Shown: positions 8,544-16,862, numbered from the whole stretch's first letter. The stretch is 30,463 nucleotides of DNA, filler included, from Nitrospirae bacterium CG2_30_53_67 (GCA_001873285.1; 3 parts of 3 records of this genome joined end to end with filler, not necessarily neighbours in it); one strand, 5' to 3'. Numbers and translations: made by a program. Notes: a model not told the origin generated them from the letters alone.

Positions 8544-10490
8544 TTGGAACACGCGCCGACCTGGTTGCATATATTGATTCCATTACTTCCACTGCTTGCG
8601 TTTGTGGTGAACGGCCTCTTCGGCAAGTGGCTGAAGACCCGCGCAGCCGCCGTCTCCATCGGCGCCGTGGCGGGGTCCTGCGTCCTCTCCCTCATCACCC
8701 TGGGCCGGGTCCTTTCCGGTGAGACCTTCTACGGCACGGTCTATGAATGGATCTCCTCGGGCGATTTCAGGGCGAGCATCGGGTTCAACATCGACCCCCT
8801 CACCGCAGCGATGATCGCCATGGTCACCTTGGTGGCCTCATTGATCCACATCTATTCCATCGGCTACATGCACGGGGACAAAGGGTTTGCGCGGTTCTTC
8901 GCCTACCTCTCCCTCTTCACCTTCTCCATGCTCATCCTGGTTATGGCCGACAATTTTCTGCTCCTCTATGTGGGCTGGGAGGCGGTCGGGCTCTGTTCCT
9001 ATCTGCTCATCGGGTTCTGGTATGAAAAGAAGTCGGCCTCGGACGCAGGAAAAAAGGCCTTTGTGGTGAATCGGATCGGCGACTTCGGGTTCGGCCTCGG
9101 GATCATGCTGATCTTTTACACCTTCAGGACCCTGGACTATCACGAGGTCTTCGGCGCGGTCCAGACCATCGTCGGTCAGACCCTCTCCATCCCCCTCTAT
9201 GTCACGACCATCCAGGCGGACCTTACGACCGTGATCTGCCTGCTCCTCTTTGTCGGGGCCGTTGGAAAGTCCGCGCAGTTCCCGCTCCACGTCTGGCTCC
9301 CGGACGCCATGGAAGGCCCTACGCCGGTCTCGGCCCTGATCCATGCCGCGACCATGGTCACGGCCGGGGTTTACATGGTGGCGCGGGCCAACCCGCTCTT
9401 TTCCGAATCTTCAACGGCGCTGATGGTGGTGGGATGCGTGGGCGGGTTCACCGCCTTTTTCGCTGCGACCATCGGCCTCGCCCAGAATGATATCAAACGG
9501 GTCCTGGCCTACTCCACGGTCAGCCAGCTCGGCTACATGTTCCTGGCCCTGGGGATCGGCGCCTATACGGCCGCGATCTTTCATCTTCTGACCCACGCCT
9601 TTTTCAAGGCCCTCCTCTTCCTCGGTTCCGGTTCGGTGATCCACGCCATGTCCGGGGAGCAGGATATGCGCAAGATGGGCGGGCTCAGGGACAAAATTCC
9701 CTGGACCTATGGGACCTTCGTCGTAGCCGCGCTGGCCATATCCGGGATCCCGCCGCTTGCCGGTTTCTTCAGCAAGGATGAGATCCTCTGGCAGGCCTAC
9801 TCCCACGGCACGAACTACGGTGCGGTTCTTTACCTGCTCGGCGCCTCCGCCGCTCTGATGACCGCCTTTTACATGTTCCGCCTGGTCTTTATGACCTTCC
9901 ACGGGAAGTCCCGTGTGGAGACCAAGGCCGCGCGTCACCTCCATGAATCCCCCTGGAGCATGGTGGGGCCTCTGGTGGCGCTCGCCGTCTTTTCCGCCAT
10001 CGCAGGGTTTGCCGGTCTGCCCGAGGCGTGGGGCGGGGGCAACTGGATCCACCACTTCCTGGGCCCTGTATTCGGGCACGGCCATGAAGCCGCCGGGGGC
10101 GCCACCCATCTTGAACGCATGATGGCAGGGGTCTCTGTGGTCATCGCCCTGGCCGGGATCGGGCTGGCCGCGTTTATGTATCTCGTGAGCCCCTGGCTTC
10201 CCGGGAAACTGGCATCAGGCCTGGGCGGCCTCTACAGGGCCGTTCTGAACAAGTGGTACATGGATGAGATCTATGATTTTCTTTTTGTGAATCCCGGCAA
10301 ACGCTTTGCGACCTTTCTGTGGGAGTTCGTGGACGCCTGGGTGATCGACGGAATCGTGAACGGGACGGCCGGGACGTCCAACTTTTTCGGGGAGCGGATC
10401 CGCAAGTTCCATACCGGCCACGTGGAAAACTATGCCTTGTTCATGGTGACCGGCGTGGTGATCATCCTGGGATTCTATCTCTTTGCATAA
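8544..10490 (+). CDS. nuoL: NADH-quinone oxidoreductase subunit L
   Basis: IHIYSIGYM, GWEAVGLCSYLLIGFW, KSAQFPLHVWLPDAMEGPTPVSALIHAATMVTAG. TTG 8544 lies 5 nt after GGAGGAGG (8531-8538). Confidence 0.97.
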   Translation: MEHAPTWLHILIPLLPLLAFVVNGLFGKWLKTRAAAVSIGAVAGSCVLSLITLGRVLSGETFYGTVYEWISSGDFRASIGFNIDPLTAAMIAMVTLVASLIHIYSIGYMHGDKGFARFFAYLSLFTFSMLILVMADNFLLLYVGWEAVGLCSYLLIGFWYEKKSASDAGKKAFVVNRIGDFGFGLGIMLIFYTFRTLDYHEVFGAVQTIVGQTLSIPLYVTTIQADLTTVICLLLFVGAVGKSAQFPLHVWLPDAMEGPTPVSALIHAATMVTAGVYMVARANPLFSESSTALMVVGCVGGFTAFFAATIGLAQNDIKRVLAYSTVSQLGYMFLALGIGAYTAAIFHLLTHAFFKALLFLGSGSVIHAMSGEQDMRKMGGLRDKIPWTYGTFVVAALAISGIPPLAGFFSKDEILWQAYSHGTNYGAVLYLLGASAALMTAFYMFRLVFMTFHGKSRVETKAARHLHESPWSMVGPLVALAVFSAIAGFAGLPEAWGGGNWIHHFLGPVFGHGHEAAGGATHLERMMAGVSVVIALAGIGLAAFMYLVSPWLPGKLASGLGGLYRAVLNKWYMDEIYDFLFVNPGKRFATFLWEFVDAWVIDGIVNGTAGTSNFFGERIRKFHTGHVENYALFMVTGVVIILGFYLFA

Positions 10491-10503
10491 TGAAAGAAAA
10501 GAT

Positions 10504-10607
10504 TCAGCCACGAATTGACACGAATTGGCACCGATGAAGACAAAGACAATAAAACACCAGGATACATATTTATGATATTCGTAATATTCGTGCCCATTCG
10601 TGGCTGA
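10504..10607. repeat. Inverted-arm element built from 9-10-nt CACGAAT units
   Basis: TCAGCCACGAAT (10504-10515) and ATTCGTGGCTGA (10596-10607) form a perfect 12-bp inverted repeat; the arms continue as TGACACGAAT TGGCACCGAT and ATTCGTAAT ATTCGTGCCC. Confidence 0.88.
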
Positions 10608-10625
10608 TTATTGTATGGAGCATCA

Positions 10626-12134
10626 ATGACGGAACATATCCTCAGCCTGATCACGTTCTTTCCTCTCTTCGGCGTGCTGCTGATTCTCCTCACGCCAAAG
10701 CGCAGCGCAGAGGCGATCCGCCGGGAGGCCTTCCTGACCTCCGTGATCACCTTTGGACTTTCACTCTATCCGGTCATCCGCTTCGACCGGGGCACCTACC
10801 TCATGCAGTTTACGGAATCAGTCCCATGGATTCCTACATGGGGGATCCATTACTCGGTGGGTGTGGACGGGATCAGCCTCCTCTTGGTTTTTCTGACCAC
10901 CCTGCTCAGCATGGTCGCCGTGCTTTCCTCATGGACCGCCGTCACTCTGCGCGTCAAGGGGTATATGATCGCCCTCCTGGTCCTCGAAACGGCCATGCTG
11001 GGGGTCTTTGTCTCCACCGACCTCTTTCTTTTCTATGTCTTCTGGGAGCTGGAGTTGATCCCCATGTTCCTGCTGATCGGCATCTGGGGCGGGGGCCGCA
11101 AGCTCTATGCGGCGATCAAGTTCTTCCTTTACACCCTGTCCGGGTCGGTCCTCATGCTGATTGCGATCCTTACCCTCTATATCCACAGTGGGGACCCGCA
11201 GAGTTTTGATATTCAGGCCATCACGCAGGCGGCATCCGGCTTCAGCCCGAAGATGCAGTTCTGGGTCTTCTGGGCGCTGTTCCTCGGGTTTGCCTTCAAG
11301 GTTCCCATGTTCCCCTTCCACACCTGGCTTCCGGACGCCCACGTGGAGGCGCCCACGGCCGGTTCCGTGATCCTGGCCGGTGTCCTCCTGAAGATGGGGA
11401 CCTACGGGTTTCTCCGGTTCGCCATTCCCATGTGCCCGGAGATGGCGCTCAGACCGGAGACTGTGAAGATCATGATGATCCTCGCCTCCACGGCCATCAT
11501 CTACGGGGCGCTGGTCGCCATGATGCAGAGGGACATGAAAAAGCTGGTCGCCTATTCTTCGGTCTCGCACATGGGATATGTGATGCTCGGGATTTTTGCC
11601 TATAATCTTCAGGGCGTATCCGGCGGGATCCTGCAGATGTTCAACCACGGGATCGTTACCGGCGCCCTGTTCCTGATCGTGGGTCTGATCTATGAGCGGC
11701 GGCACACCCGCATGATCGCCGATTTCGGGGGGATCGCCCGGGTCATGCCCATTTATGCGGCACTGTTTTCGATCTTCACCCTGGCCTCCATCGGGCTCCC
11801 CGGGACCAACGGATTCATCGGCGAGTTTCTGATCCTGGTCGGGGCCTTTACGTCCCATTACCGGATCGCGGCCGTGGTGGGGGCCTTCGGCATCATCCTG
11901 GGGGCGGCGTATATGCTCTGGCTCTATCAGCGGGTGATCTTCAACCCCATGGTCATCAAGGAGAACGAGAAGCTCACCGACCTCAGCCTCCGGGAGGTCG
12001 TGACGCTTCTGCCTCTTCTGGTCCTGGTTTTCTGGATCGGTTTTTATCCGGACCCGTTTTTAAATATGCTCAATGCCTCGGTGCAGCACCTGATCGAGCC
12101 GTTGCAGGCCTTTCAGGCAGCGACGGGGCCGTAA
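10626..12134 (+). CDS. nuoM: NADH-quinone oxidoreductase subunit M
   Basis: VDGISL, FYVFWELELIPMFLLIGIWG, KVPMFPFHTWLPDAHVEAPTAGSVILAGVLLKMGTYG. ATG 10626 follows GGAG. Confidence 0.97.
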   Translation: MTEHILSLITFFPLFGVLLILLTPKRSAEAIRREAFLTSVITFGLSLYPVIRFDRGTYLMQFTESVPWIPTWGIHYSVGVDGISLLLVFLTTLLSMVAVLSSWTAVTLRVKGYMIALLVLETAMLGVFVSTDLFLFYVFWELELIPMFLLIGIWGGGRKLYAAIKFFLYTLSGSVLMLIAILTLYIHSGDPQSFDIQAITQAASGFSPKMQFWVFWALFLGFAFKVPMFPFHTWLPDAHVEAPTAGSVILAGVLLKMGTYGFLRFAIPMCPEMALRPETVKIMMILASTAIIYGALVAMMQRDMKKLVAYSSVSHMGYVMLGIFAYNLQGVSGGILQMFNHGIVTGALFLIVGLIYERRHTRMIADFGGIARVMPIYAALFSIFTLASIGLPGTNGFIGEFLILVGAFTSHYRIAAVVGAFGIILGAAYMLWLYQRVIFNPMVIKENEKLTDLSLREVVTLLPLLVLVFWIGFYPDPFLNMLNASVQHLIEPLQAFQAATGP

Positions 12135-12137
12135 TAA

Positions 12138-12239
12138 GAAGGGGCCGAGGGGTCAAGGGGTCAAGGGGTCGAGGGTCCGAGTGAAAAGCGGAGAGAAATA
12201 GAGTATCCAAGGGGCCAAGGATTAAAGGGGCCGAGGGAA
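12138..12239. repeat. Octamer-array element, left part, truncated by the contig end
   Basis: GAAGGGGC CGAGGGGT CAAGGGGT CAAGGGGT CGAGGGTC CGAGTGAAA, then a second octamer run up to the N block. Confidence 0.9.
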
Positions 12240-12339
12240 NNNNNNNNNNNNNNNNNNNNNNNNNNNNNNNNNNNNNNNNNNNNTTAATTAATTAANNNNN
12301 NNNNNNNNNNNNNNNNNNNNNNNNNNNNNNNNNNNNNNN
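12240..12339. other. Artificial contig linker
   Basis: 44 N + TTAATTAATTAA (stops in all six frames) + 44 N; identical to 21728-21827. Confidence 0.99.
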
Positions 12340-12423
12340 CTGCCTTGGGCATGAAACGTTCGTTCGTATTCCTGCCTCGTTAAAATTTGCTTTTGATGTT
12401 CGGGATGCGGCGGCCCGACACGG

Positions 12424-12828
12424 CTAAAGCCACATGATTTTGATCTGGCCCTCTACCTGCTTGAATTCCTTATCCCCTGTAACCAGTTCCGCTTTTCGCA
12501 ATTTTGCCATGGCCGCGGCAAAGCAGTCGGCGTAGGACATCTTGTTGTTCGCTTTGAATTCCGCGGCCAGCCGGGTCAGTTCCAGGTCGGCGGGGATGAC
12601 CTCTACAGGCAAGGTGGAAATGAGATGAGCCAGTTGGCCGGCCCGCTCCCGCCCGGCTTCTCTCAAGGTGATGTAGAAAACCTCTCCCCAGTTTATGACG
12701 GAAAGAAGAAGAGGGCGGCCGGAATCCCGAGCCGTGCGAAGAACCTCAATCATCTTCTCCTTTCCCGCCTCACCCTCAAAGTAGGCGAGCAGACTGTAAG
12801 AATCCAAGACCCTTGTCGCGGCCCTCAC
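12424..12828 (-). CDS. vapC: PIN-domain (VapC-family) toxin
   Basis: 134 aa with the PIN acidic pattern VLDSY, NWGEV, SYADCFA, LVTGDKEF; overlaps the upstream antitoxin by 4 nt. Confidence 0.92.
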   Translation of the reverse strand: MRAATRVLDSYSLLAYFEGEAGKEKMIEVLRTARDSGRPLLLSVINWGEVFYITLREAGRERAGQLAHLISTLPVEVIPADLELTRLAAEFKANNKMSYADCFAAAMAKLRKAELVTGDKEFKQVEGQIKIMWL

Positions 12829-13055
12829 AGTTCACGCTCCTTGTCTTTTTCCTCCATCAATGCCTTGAGCAGCTTCCCCTTGGTTCCGGCTATGCCCGCC
12901 AGGGTTTGGATATACTCGTCCGTAATGGGCCGGATGGCTATCTCGCCGTTATGCTCGTAAAGGTACACCTGGGTTCCTTTCTTGATCCCGAACTTGCGCC
13001 TCAACTTGGATGGGATGACGACCTGGCCCTTGCCGGTCACGACTGACTTGTCCAT
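12825..13055 (-). CDS. AbrB/MazE/SpoVT-family antitoxin (VapB-like)
   Basis: VTGKGQVVIPSKLRRKFGIKKG AbrB motif; GGAGG ribosome-binding site; lies directly upstream of the PIN gene. Confidence 0.92.
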   Translation of the reverse strand: MDKSVVTGKGQVVIPSKLRRKFGIKKGTQVYLYEHNGEIAIRPITDEYIQTLAGIAGTKGKLLKALMEEKDKEREL

Positions 13056-13085
13056 AAAACCTCCGGTGGATATCTTTAGGAATTA

Positions 13086-13114
13086 AGGATACCGTATGAA
13101 TTAAAGTATGTCAA
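13086..13114 (-). promoter_or_regulatory. Sigma70-type promoter of the toxin-antitoxin operon
   Basis: On the minus strand, TTGACA (13114-13109), 17 nt, TATCCT (13091-13086). Confidence 0.8.
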
Positions 13115-13302
13115 GATAATTTTTGTTGTTACAAATAAATTAAGGAGGTCAGTAATTTATCCGTTGGAGGTTCTGTATTTTGGGGAGCCTTTTTCAGGCG
13201 AGGAATGGAAAGGGGCCGCGGGATGGTTCTCAGAAACGCTAAAATAGACCGCATGTGGACGCGGCACTGCGGCTTTGTCATGACACATGACCAGCGGGTT
13301 GC

Positions 13303-13459
13303 GGGTCTGCGACAAAAATGTTGGTACACATCAGGATTATATAGGGTTGTCATTGTCCGGCTTGACCGGACAATCCAGTTTCTAATGTCTGGATTCCCCG
13401 ATCGAGTCGGGGAATGACGCTACCAGAGAAATATTTACCCATAAATTTGTCGCAGACCC
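13303..13459. mobile_element. MITE, 157 bp, perfect 14-bp terminal inverted repeats and 9-bp target-site duplication
   Basis: GGGTCTGCGACAAA (13303-13316) and TTTGTCGCAGACCC (13446-13459), flanked by GCGGGTTGC at 13294-13302 and 13460-13468. Confidence 0.88.
13349..13418. repeat. REP-like palindrome, GTCATT...AATGAC family, nested in the MITE
   Basis: GTCATTGTCCGGCTTGACCGGACAATCCAG...CTGGATTCCCCGATCGAGTCGGGGAATGAC. Confidence 0.9.
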
Positions 13460-13475
13460 GCGGGTTGCGGACCAA

Positions 13476-13504
13476 TTGACAGAAGCCCTCCCGTTAGTTA
13501 TATT
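13476..13504 (+). promoter_or_regulatory. Sigma70-type promoter upstream of iscU and nuo operon 2
   Basis: TTGACA (13476-13481), 17 nt, TATATT (13499-13504). Confidence 0.8.
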
Positions 13505-13558
13505 TAAATAACTTGTTCTTGCCTGCCAAAGGCTTGCATGAGAAACAAAGGAGGCAAT

Positions 13559-13990
13559 ATGGAATACAGTGAAAAAGTCATGGACCACTTCATGAATCCG
13601 AGGAATGTCGGAGAGATGGAGGACGCCTCTGGAATCGGCGAGGTGGGAAATCCCAAATGCGGCGATGTGATGCGGTTTTATCTCAAGATCAAGGACGGGG
13701 TGATTGAAGACGCCAAGTTCAAGACCTTCGGATGCGGCGCGGCCATTGCCACCAGCAGTATGGCCACGGAGATGGTCAAGGGCAAGACCATCGAGGATGC
13801 CATCAAGATCACCAACAAGGTCGTGGCCGATGCCCTCGGCGGGCTCCCGCCGATCAAGATGCACTGCTCGGTCCTGGCCGAGGAGGCCCTGGAGTCTGCG
13901 CTCACCGATTATTTCAAGAAACAGGGAGAACCCGAAGACAAGGTCAAGAAACTCAAAGCCGAGGCCGGTATCATGGACCATGATCATTAA
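13559..13990 (+). CDS. iscU: Fe-S cluster assembly scaffold, IscU/NifU N-terminal-domain type
   Basis: YSEKVMDHFMNPRNVG; three conserved Cys (PKCGD, FGCG, MHCS); LPPIK motif; AAGGAGG before ATG 13559. Confidence 0.93.
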   Translation: MEYSEKVMDHFMNPRNVGEMEDASGIGEVGNPKCGDVMRFYLKIKDGVIEDAKFKTFGCGAAIATSSMATEMVKGKTIEDAIKITNKVVADALGGLPPIKMHCSVLAEEALESALTDYFKKQGEPEDKVKKLKAEAGIMDHDH

Positions 13991-14021
13991 TAATGGTCTC
14001 TTAAAAAAGCCTCCAAGATAG

Positions 14022-14145
14022 ACGGCATAGTAAAAAGCTCCGGATGCAAGGCGCACGAATCCTGAGGAGTGAGGCGTACTTACGAGTACGCTGCAATGAC
14101 GAAGGATGAAGCGCAACGCCGCAGACGGACTTTTTACTATGCCGT
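14022..14145. repeat. MITE-like palindromic element with a perfect 16-bp terminal inverted repeat
   Basis: ACGGCATAGTAAAAAG (14022-14037) and CTTTTTACTATGCCGT (14130-14145); central GCGTAC/GTACGC hairpin; no clear target duplication. Confidence 0.85.
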
Positions 14146-14156
14146 AAAGGGATCAG

Positions 14157-14513
14157 ATGTCCGTCACCTATCTTCCGATACTTCTCCTCTTTCTGATTAC
14201 GGGGGCCATGGCCGGCGGGATCCTTTACCTGGCCAGGGTCATCGGCCCCCGGAACATGACCCCGGCCAAGGCCATGCCCTTTGAGTCCGGCATCCCGAAC
14301 ATCTCCCCGCATGACAGGCCTGTGCCTGTCCGATTTTATATCATCGCCATGGTCTTCATCATCTTTGATATCGAGGTGGTCTTCCTCTATCCGTGGGCCA
14401 TCCTCTTCCGGAAGCTGGGGCTCTTCGGTTTCATGGAGATGACGGTCTTTCTTGCGATACTCGCCTTGGGCCTGGCCTACGCCTGGAAGAAGGGGGCTTT
14501 GGAATGGGATTAG
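14157..14513 (+). CDS. nuoA: NADH-quinone oxidoreductase subunit A
   Basis: PFESGI, RFYIIAMVFIIFDIEVVFLYPWA, YAWKKGALEWD. Confidence 0.97.
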   Translation: MSVTYLPILLLFLITGAMAGGILYLARVIGPRNMTPAKAMPFESGIPNISPHDRPVPVRFYIIAMVFIIFDIEVVFLYPWAILFRKLGLFGFMEMTVFLAILALGLAYAWKKGALEWD

Positions 14514-14977
14514 AGAAACTTCTGCAAAGGGAGGCCGTCACCACTCGTCTGGACGCGGCCATCGGGTGGGCCCGCAAATATTCCCTCTTCCAATACCCTT
14601 TTGCCACGGCCTGCTGTTCCATGGAATACATGTCCGTGGCCTGTTCGCATTATGATATCGACCGGTTCGGCGCGGGGCTCCCGAGGTGGTCGCCGAGGCA
14701 GGCCGACCTCCTCATGGTGGTCGGAACCATCAGTCACAAGCTCGCCCCCATCCTGAGACAGGTTTACGACCAGATGTGCGAACCCAAGTGGGTCCTCTCC
14801 TTCGGGGTCTGCGCGACCTCGGGCGGGTTCTATGACAACTACGCCACGGTGCAGGGGATCGACACCATCATCCCTGTGGACATCTACGTGGCCGGATGCC
14901 CGCCGCGGCCTGAAGCGGTCCTCGACGGGCTGATCAAGCTCCAGGAAAAGATACAGAAGCAAAAGCAGGTATACTGA
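14504..14977 (+). CDS. nuoB: NADH-quinone oxidoreductase subunit B
   Basis: TACCSME, SPRQADL, FGVCATSGG, PVDIYVAGCPPRPE. ATG 14504 overlaps the end of nuoA. Confidence 0.96.
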   Translation: MGLEKLLQREAVTTRLDAAIGWARKYSLFQYPFATACCSMEYMSVACSHYDIDRFGAGLPRWSPRQADLLMVVGTISHKLAPILRQVYDQMCEPKWVLSFGVCATSGGFYDNYATVQGIDTIIPVDIYVAGCPPRPEAVLDGLIKLQEKIQKQKQVY

Positions 14978-15009
14978 GAGAATAGAGAAATATAAAAAAT
15001 AGAGTATCC

Positions 15010-16746
15010 ATGGCCTTATTAGAGGATATTTCAGAAAGATACAAAGAGAAGGTTCTGGAGACCCACTCCTTACTGGGGGATGACACGGTGGTCATTTCTC
15101 GGGAGATCCTTCCGGATCTGGTCCGGTTCCTCAAGGAGGCGCGCGGGTTCAATTTTCTCATGGACCTTTCCGCGGTGGACCGGATGGGGAAGGATCCCCG
15201 TTTTGAAGTCGTCTATCATCTTTATGCGCTGGAGAGCCGGGCCCGCCTTCGGATCAAGGTGCCGGTGGCAGAGAACGATGCCCTTGTGCCCACTCTGACA
15301 GGCGAGTACCGTTCCGCCAACTGGCTGGAGCGCGAGGCGTGGGACATGTTCGGCATCACCTTCGACGGCCATCCGGACCTCCGCAGGATCCTCATGTATG
15401 AGGGGTTCGAGGGGCATCCCCTGCGCAAGGACTATCCCAAGGAGAGGCGGCAGCCCAGGGTCGGTCCGGGGAGCCGGCCCGAGACAGCCTTTGAGCGCGG
15501 GCCTTCCATTGAGGAGCGGATCGCCGTTGCGCTTAAGATGTCCGGGGTTTCGGTGCGGGGAGAAAACGGCATCCGGAACGAAATCATGTACCTCAACATG
15601 GGGCCTTCGCACCCGACCATGCACGGGGTCGTCCGGGTCATGCTGGCTCTCCGCGGGGAGACCATTCTCGCGTCCGACGTGGAGATCGGCTACATGCACC
15701 GGTGCTTTGAGAAGGAGGCCGAGACCCATACCTATACCGGAGTGATCCCCTATACCGACCGGCTGAATTACGTCTCTCCCCTGATCAACAACGTGGGCTA
15801 CGCCATGGCCGTGGAAAAGCTCTTCGGCGCGGGCACAACCGAGCGCTGCGGGTATGTCCGTGTAATCATGTCCGAGATCTCACGGGTCATCGACCATCTC
15901 ACCTGCATCGGCGCCTTTGCCATGGAGCTGGGGGCCTTCACCGTATTCCTTTATATGATGAAGGCCAGGGAATACCTCTACGAACTGGTCGAGGATGTGA
16001 CCGGGGCCAGGATCACCACGTCCTATACTCGGATCGGGGGCCTCAAGGGCGACCTCACCCAGGACTTCGCAGGGAAGTGCCGGGCCGCCTTTATCGGAGT
16101 GCGTGATGTACTGCAGGAGTGTGACCGGCTCCTGACCAGGAACCGGATCTTTTATGACCGGACCAGGGACGTCGGCGTGATCTCCCGGGAGGATGCCGTC
16201 TCCTGCGGGTTCACCGGACCGTGTCTCAGGGCGACCGGCATCCCCTACGATGTGCGGAAAGCCGCGCCCTACCTGGTCTATGACCGCATGGATTTCGAGA
16301 TCCCGGTGGGGGACCATGGGGACACCTACGACCGGTACAGGGTGCGCATGGCGGAGATGGAACAGAGCATGCGGATCGTGGAGCAGGCCCTGCGGGACCT
16401 CCCCGATGGCCCGGTCTGCCTAAACGATAAGCGGATGACGCTCCCGCCCAAGGAGCAGGTCTACACGACCATTGAAGGGCTCATGAACCATTTCAAGCTG
16501 ATCATGGACGGCCATGGAATCCGTCCGCCGGCCGGAGAGGCCTATTTCCCGGTCGAAGGGGGGAACGGGGAACTTGGGTTTTACGTGGTGAGTGACGGCA
16601 CCGGGATCCCGGCACGCGTACGGGTCCGCGCTCCCTGCTTTCACTTGGTTGCGGCCCTTTCGCATCTGATTCAGGGAGAGATGGTGGCTGACGTGACGCC
16701 CATCTTCGGAAGCATCAACATGATTGCCGGGGAACTGGACAGGTGA
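15010..16746 (+). CDS. nuoCD: Fused NADH-quinone oxidoreductase subunits C/D
   Basis: NuoC motif EREAWDMFGITFDGHPDLRRIL...HPLRKDYP is followed in frame by NuoD motifs NMGPSHPTMHG, GYMHRCFEK and GELDR. Confidence 0.96.
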   Translation: MALLEDISERYKEKVLETHSLLGDDTVVISREILPDLVRFLKEARGFNFLMDLSAVDRMGKDPRFEVVYHLYALESRARLRIKVPVAENDALVPTLTGEYRSANWLEREAWDMFGITFDGHPDLRRILMYEGFEGHPLRKDYPKERRQPRVGPGSRPETAFERGPSIEERIAVALKMSGVSVRGENGIRNEIMYLNMGPSHPTMHGVVRVMLALRGETILASDVEIGYMHRCFEKEAETHTYTGVIPYTDRLNYVSPLINNVGYAMAVEKLFGAGTTERCGYVRVIMSEISRVIDHLTCIGAFAMELGAFTVFLYMMKAREYLYELVEDVTGARITTSYTRIGGLKGDLTQDFAGKCRAAFIGVRDVLQECDRLLTRNRIFYDRTRDVGVISREDAVSCGFTGPCLRATGIPYDVRKAAPYLVYDRMDFEIPVGDHGDTYDRYRVRMAEMEQSMRIVEQALRDLPDGPVCLNDKRMTLPPKEQVYTTIEGLMNHFKLIMDGHGIRPPAGEAYFPVEGGNGELGFYVVSDGTGIPARVRVRAPCFHLVAALSHLIQGEMVADVTPIFGSINMIAGELDR

Positions 16747-16750
16747 GAAT

Positions 16751-16838
16751 CAGTGGGCAGTAACGACAAGAGCGAGTGGGCAGTTGGCGGTAACCGCGGA
16801 AGACAGAAGATATAGCTGAACGCTGACAGCTGATCGCT
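16751..16838. repeat. Degenerate heptamer arrays between nuoCD and nuoE
   Basis: CAGTGGG CAGTAAC, then GAGTGGG CAGTTGG CGGTAAC, then GCTGAAC GCTGACA GCTGATC GCT (16815-16838). Confidence 0.6.
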
Positions 16839-16862
16839 TTACTTGAGAGAGGATAAAGCGGG

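Noticed and set aside
10200..10490. Possible complex I with an extra antiporter subunit (2M type)
   Set aside because: Only one nuoM is visible, and the NuoL C-terminal helix region looks normal in length by eye.
12134..12239. Missing nuoN after nuoM, and missing nuoI-N after the second nuoH
   Set aside because: Both contigs end inside repeats about 100 nt after the last gene, so absence cannot be inferred.
12240..12339. TTAATTAATTAA palindrome inside N runs (also 21728-21827)
   Set aside because: Identical 100-nt six-frame-stop linkers added during contig concatenation; not biological.
13129..13417. Short ORFs of 70-74 aa between the TA module and iscU
   Set aside because: They run through the MITE and palindrome, overlap each other on opposite strands and resemble no known family.
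13382..14116. 244-aa minus-strand ORF and other long antisense ORFs (e.g. 25-984, 17481-18701, 28389-29708)
   Set aside because: They are shadows of GC-rich plus-strand genes. The ends of 13382-14116 are translated repeat elements, and none has recognisable motifs.
12134..14157. Apparent tandem arrangement of two nuo operons with a TA module between them
   Set aside because: A linker separates them, so physical adjacency is unsupported.
14997..15010. 14-nt match AAATAGAGTATCCA, also at 12196-12209
   Set aside because: A single 14-mer match is roughly what chance gives in 30 kb, and there is no third copy or clear structure.
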